From an uncultured Anaerolineae bacterium (lineage in GTDB: Bacteria > Chloroflexota > Anaerolineae > SSC4 > Amarolineaceae), in assembly GCA_964642445.1 (NCBI GenBank), contig CAZXQZ010000004.1, positions 1-46,136 of the forward strand: a DNA stretch of 46,136 nucleotides, given 5' to 3'. How positions within the stretch are numbered: position 1 is the stretch's first letter; every line of letters begins with the position of its first letter. Position numbers and translations under genes: made by a program. The notes beneath the pieces were generated by a model. It was not told where the DNA came from and made no database searches. It worked only from the letters and a program-made list of their open reading frames with translations. Positions 45,212-46,136 of the stretch are shown here, piece after piece.

Positions 45212-46136
45212 ATGCCGCTGCCCAATGAACTGGCATGGATCGAAACGCGTTTCGACCCATACAACATCGTTTACCTCGACCCACTGGTCTGTCAATTGGC
45301 GTTGGCCATGACATGGCGAACCCTCTACCTCGCGCAGGATCGGTCACCGACTCAGCAGTTTGTGAAGGAGCTTCTTGATCGGCTACACGTGAAACAGGGC
45401 GAAAAGCTGCCGGCCACGTATCTAGAACCCAAGGGGCTGGGCACCCGTTTCAAAAAAGACCGACGGTTGCAGCAAGACGTGACTCGATTCGTCGTTGACT
45501 CTCTCTCGGGACAGCATGACCAGATTCGTCACTTCCGCAACTTGCACCAATTCTTCGATGCTCGCAATGAGCTGGGCCAAGATAGATCAACCACCGGACC
45601 ACTCATTGCGCTGGATACGATGTTCTCTGCGCGCGCAACCCTACCTGAAGACATGCGTCTCTCCCTGCCAACGAACTATGAACCAGAGCCACGCAGCGTG
45701 GAATGCGTCCTCGTCGACCAACACCCCAATCTGCTCACTTTATATGACCGCCGTCTTGCTTTGAGCGTCGATCGCCGGGCGTTCTACGAATGGACCGAAG
45801 ACTTCACGAAGATACTCGTCATGGGTTGGCACCCCTTCGTCCGCACGATGGGCTTCTACACTACCAGTCCAGGTGGACAACCGTTCATCAGGGTGTTGGC
45901 GATTCTCGTCAGGCCATTTCGCTCCGTCGATGAAATCCTGCTGCCGGAGACGGGCATGCAGGTATCGACGAATCTACGCGTCGTGCTGAGGAACAACCTG
46001 GCAGCCATCCAAACCAAGATCGCAAGCTTTGCGACACCCGCTGCTTCTGCCACCATTCCACCCGTCGCACATCCTGCGCCGGCGGCCGCTGCTTCTGGCG
46101 CTCCCCCCACGACGACAGTTTCATCGTCTGCTTCAC
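45212..46136 (+). CDS. hypothetical protein, 3'-truncated by window end
   Basis: An SD (AGGAGG) 6 nt before the ATG. The frame is open for more than 308 codons to the window edge, which explains why it is absent from the supplied ORF track. The C-terminal part is Ala/Pro/Ser/Thr-rich. Confidence 0.5.
   Translation, partial: MPLPNELAWIETRFDPYNIVYLDPLVCQLALAMTWRTLYLAQDRSPTQQFVKELLDRLHVKQGEKLPATYLEPKGLGTRFKKDRRLQQDVTRFVVDSLSGQHDQIRHFRNLHQFFDARNELGQDRSTTGPLIALDTMFSARATLPEDMRLSLPTNYEPEPRSVECVLVDQHPNLLTLYDRRLALSVDRRAFYEWTEDFTKILVMGWHPFVRTMGFYTTSPGGQPFIRVLAILVRPFRSVDEILLPETGMQVSTNLRVVLRNNLAAIQTKIASFATPAASATIPPVAHPAPAAAASGAPPTTTVSSSAS

Noticed and set aside
1-46136. CRISPR arrays, IS elements or transposases, integrases, rRNA/tRNA genes
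   Set aside because: No regularly spaced direct repeats. No transposase or integrase-like ORFs. No tRNA cloverleaf with intact acceptor and T-arm was found in intergenic regions.

Overview
This 46-kb window is high-GC (about 65%) bacterial chromosome whose gene content looks Chloroflexi-like, with roughly 40 protein genes and no rRNA, tRNA, CRISPR or mobile elements that I can support. I can defend four blocks. First, a tightly coupled operon at the 5' end: a 5'-truncated STAND-type P-loop NTPase with TPR repeats, then a GNAT acetyltransferase, then a radical-SAM/SPASM enzyme with a ~150-aa N-terminal extension and no visible precursor peptide. This is the best candidate for an undescribed system. 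Second, a ~490-bp non-coding region (6596..7087) between convergent genes with two perfect DnaA boxes (TTATCCACA), one 8/9 box, a ~31%-GC AT-rich stretch and symmetric GGGATAT motifs, which I call a candidate oriC or DnaA-controlled element. It is flanked by an odd cytoplasmic M23 peptidase fused to a coiled coil. Third, a large envelope-glycan locus (about 10.4..29.4 kb) containing GT4 and GT9 glycosyltransferases, two tandem CapA/Wzz-like proteins plus a BY-kinase carrying a heptanucleotide repeat at its 5' end, a long-form glucose-1-phosphate thymidylyltransferase with rfbB, a PMT/ArnT-like GT-C enzyme, and LVIVD, GH-A-like/CARDB, PD40 and CE4 proteins with Pro/Thr-rich linkers. Fourth, the classic origin-proximal cluster rpmH-rnpA-yidD-yidC-jag with parA-parB. 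In this cluster selD sits divergent from rpmH where dnaA usually is. This SelD carries an in-frame UGA (selenocysteine) at the position of E. coli Cys17, and selB lies 9 kb away, translationally coupled to an all-coiled-coil protein of unknown function. Other items are a LexA-like self-cleaving S24 peptidase with a non-canonical N-terminal domain next to an SPFH protein, a 21-bp-stem terminator after jag, a long-range structured RNA candidate, and near-consensus sigma70 promoters. All calls rest on reading the translations and motifs. No database searches were run.
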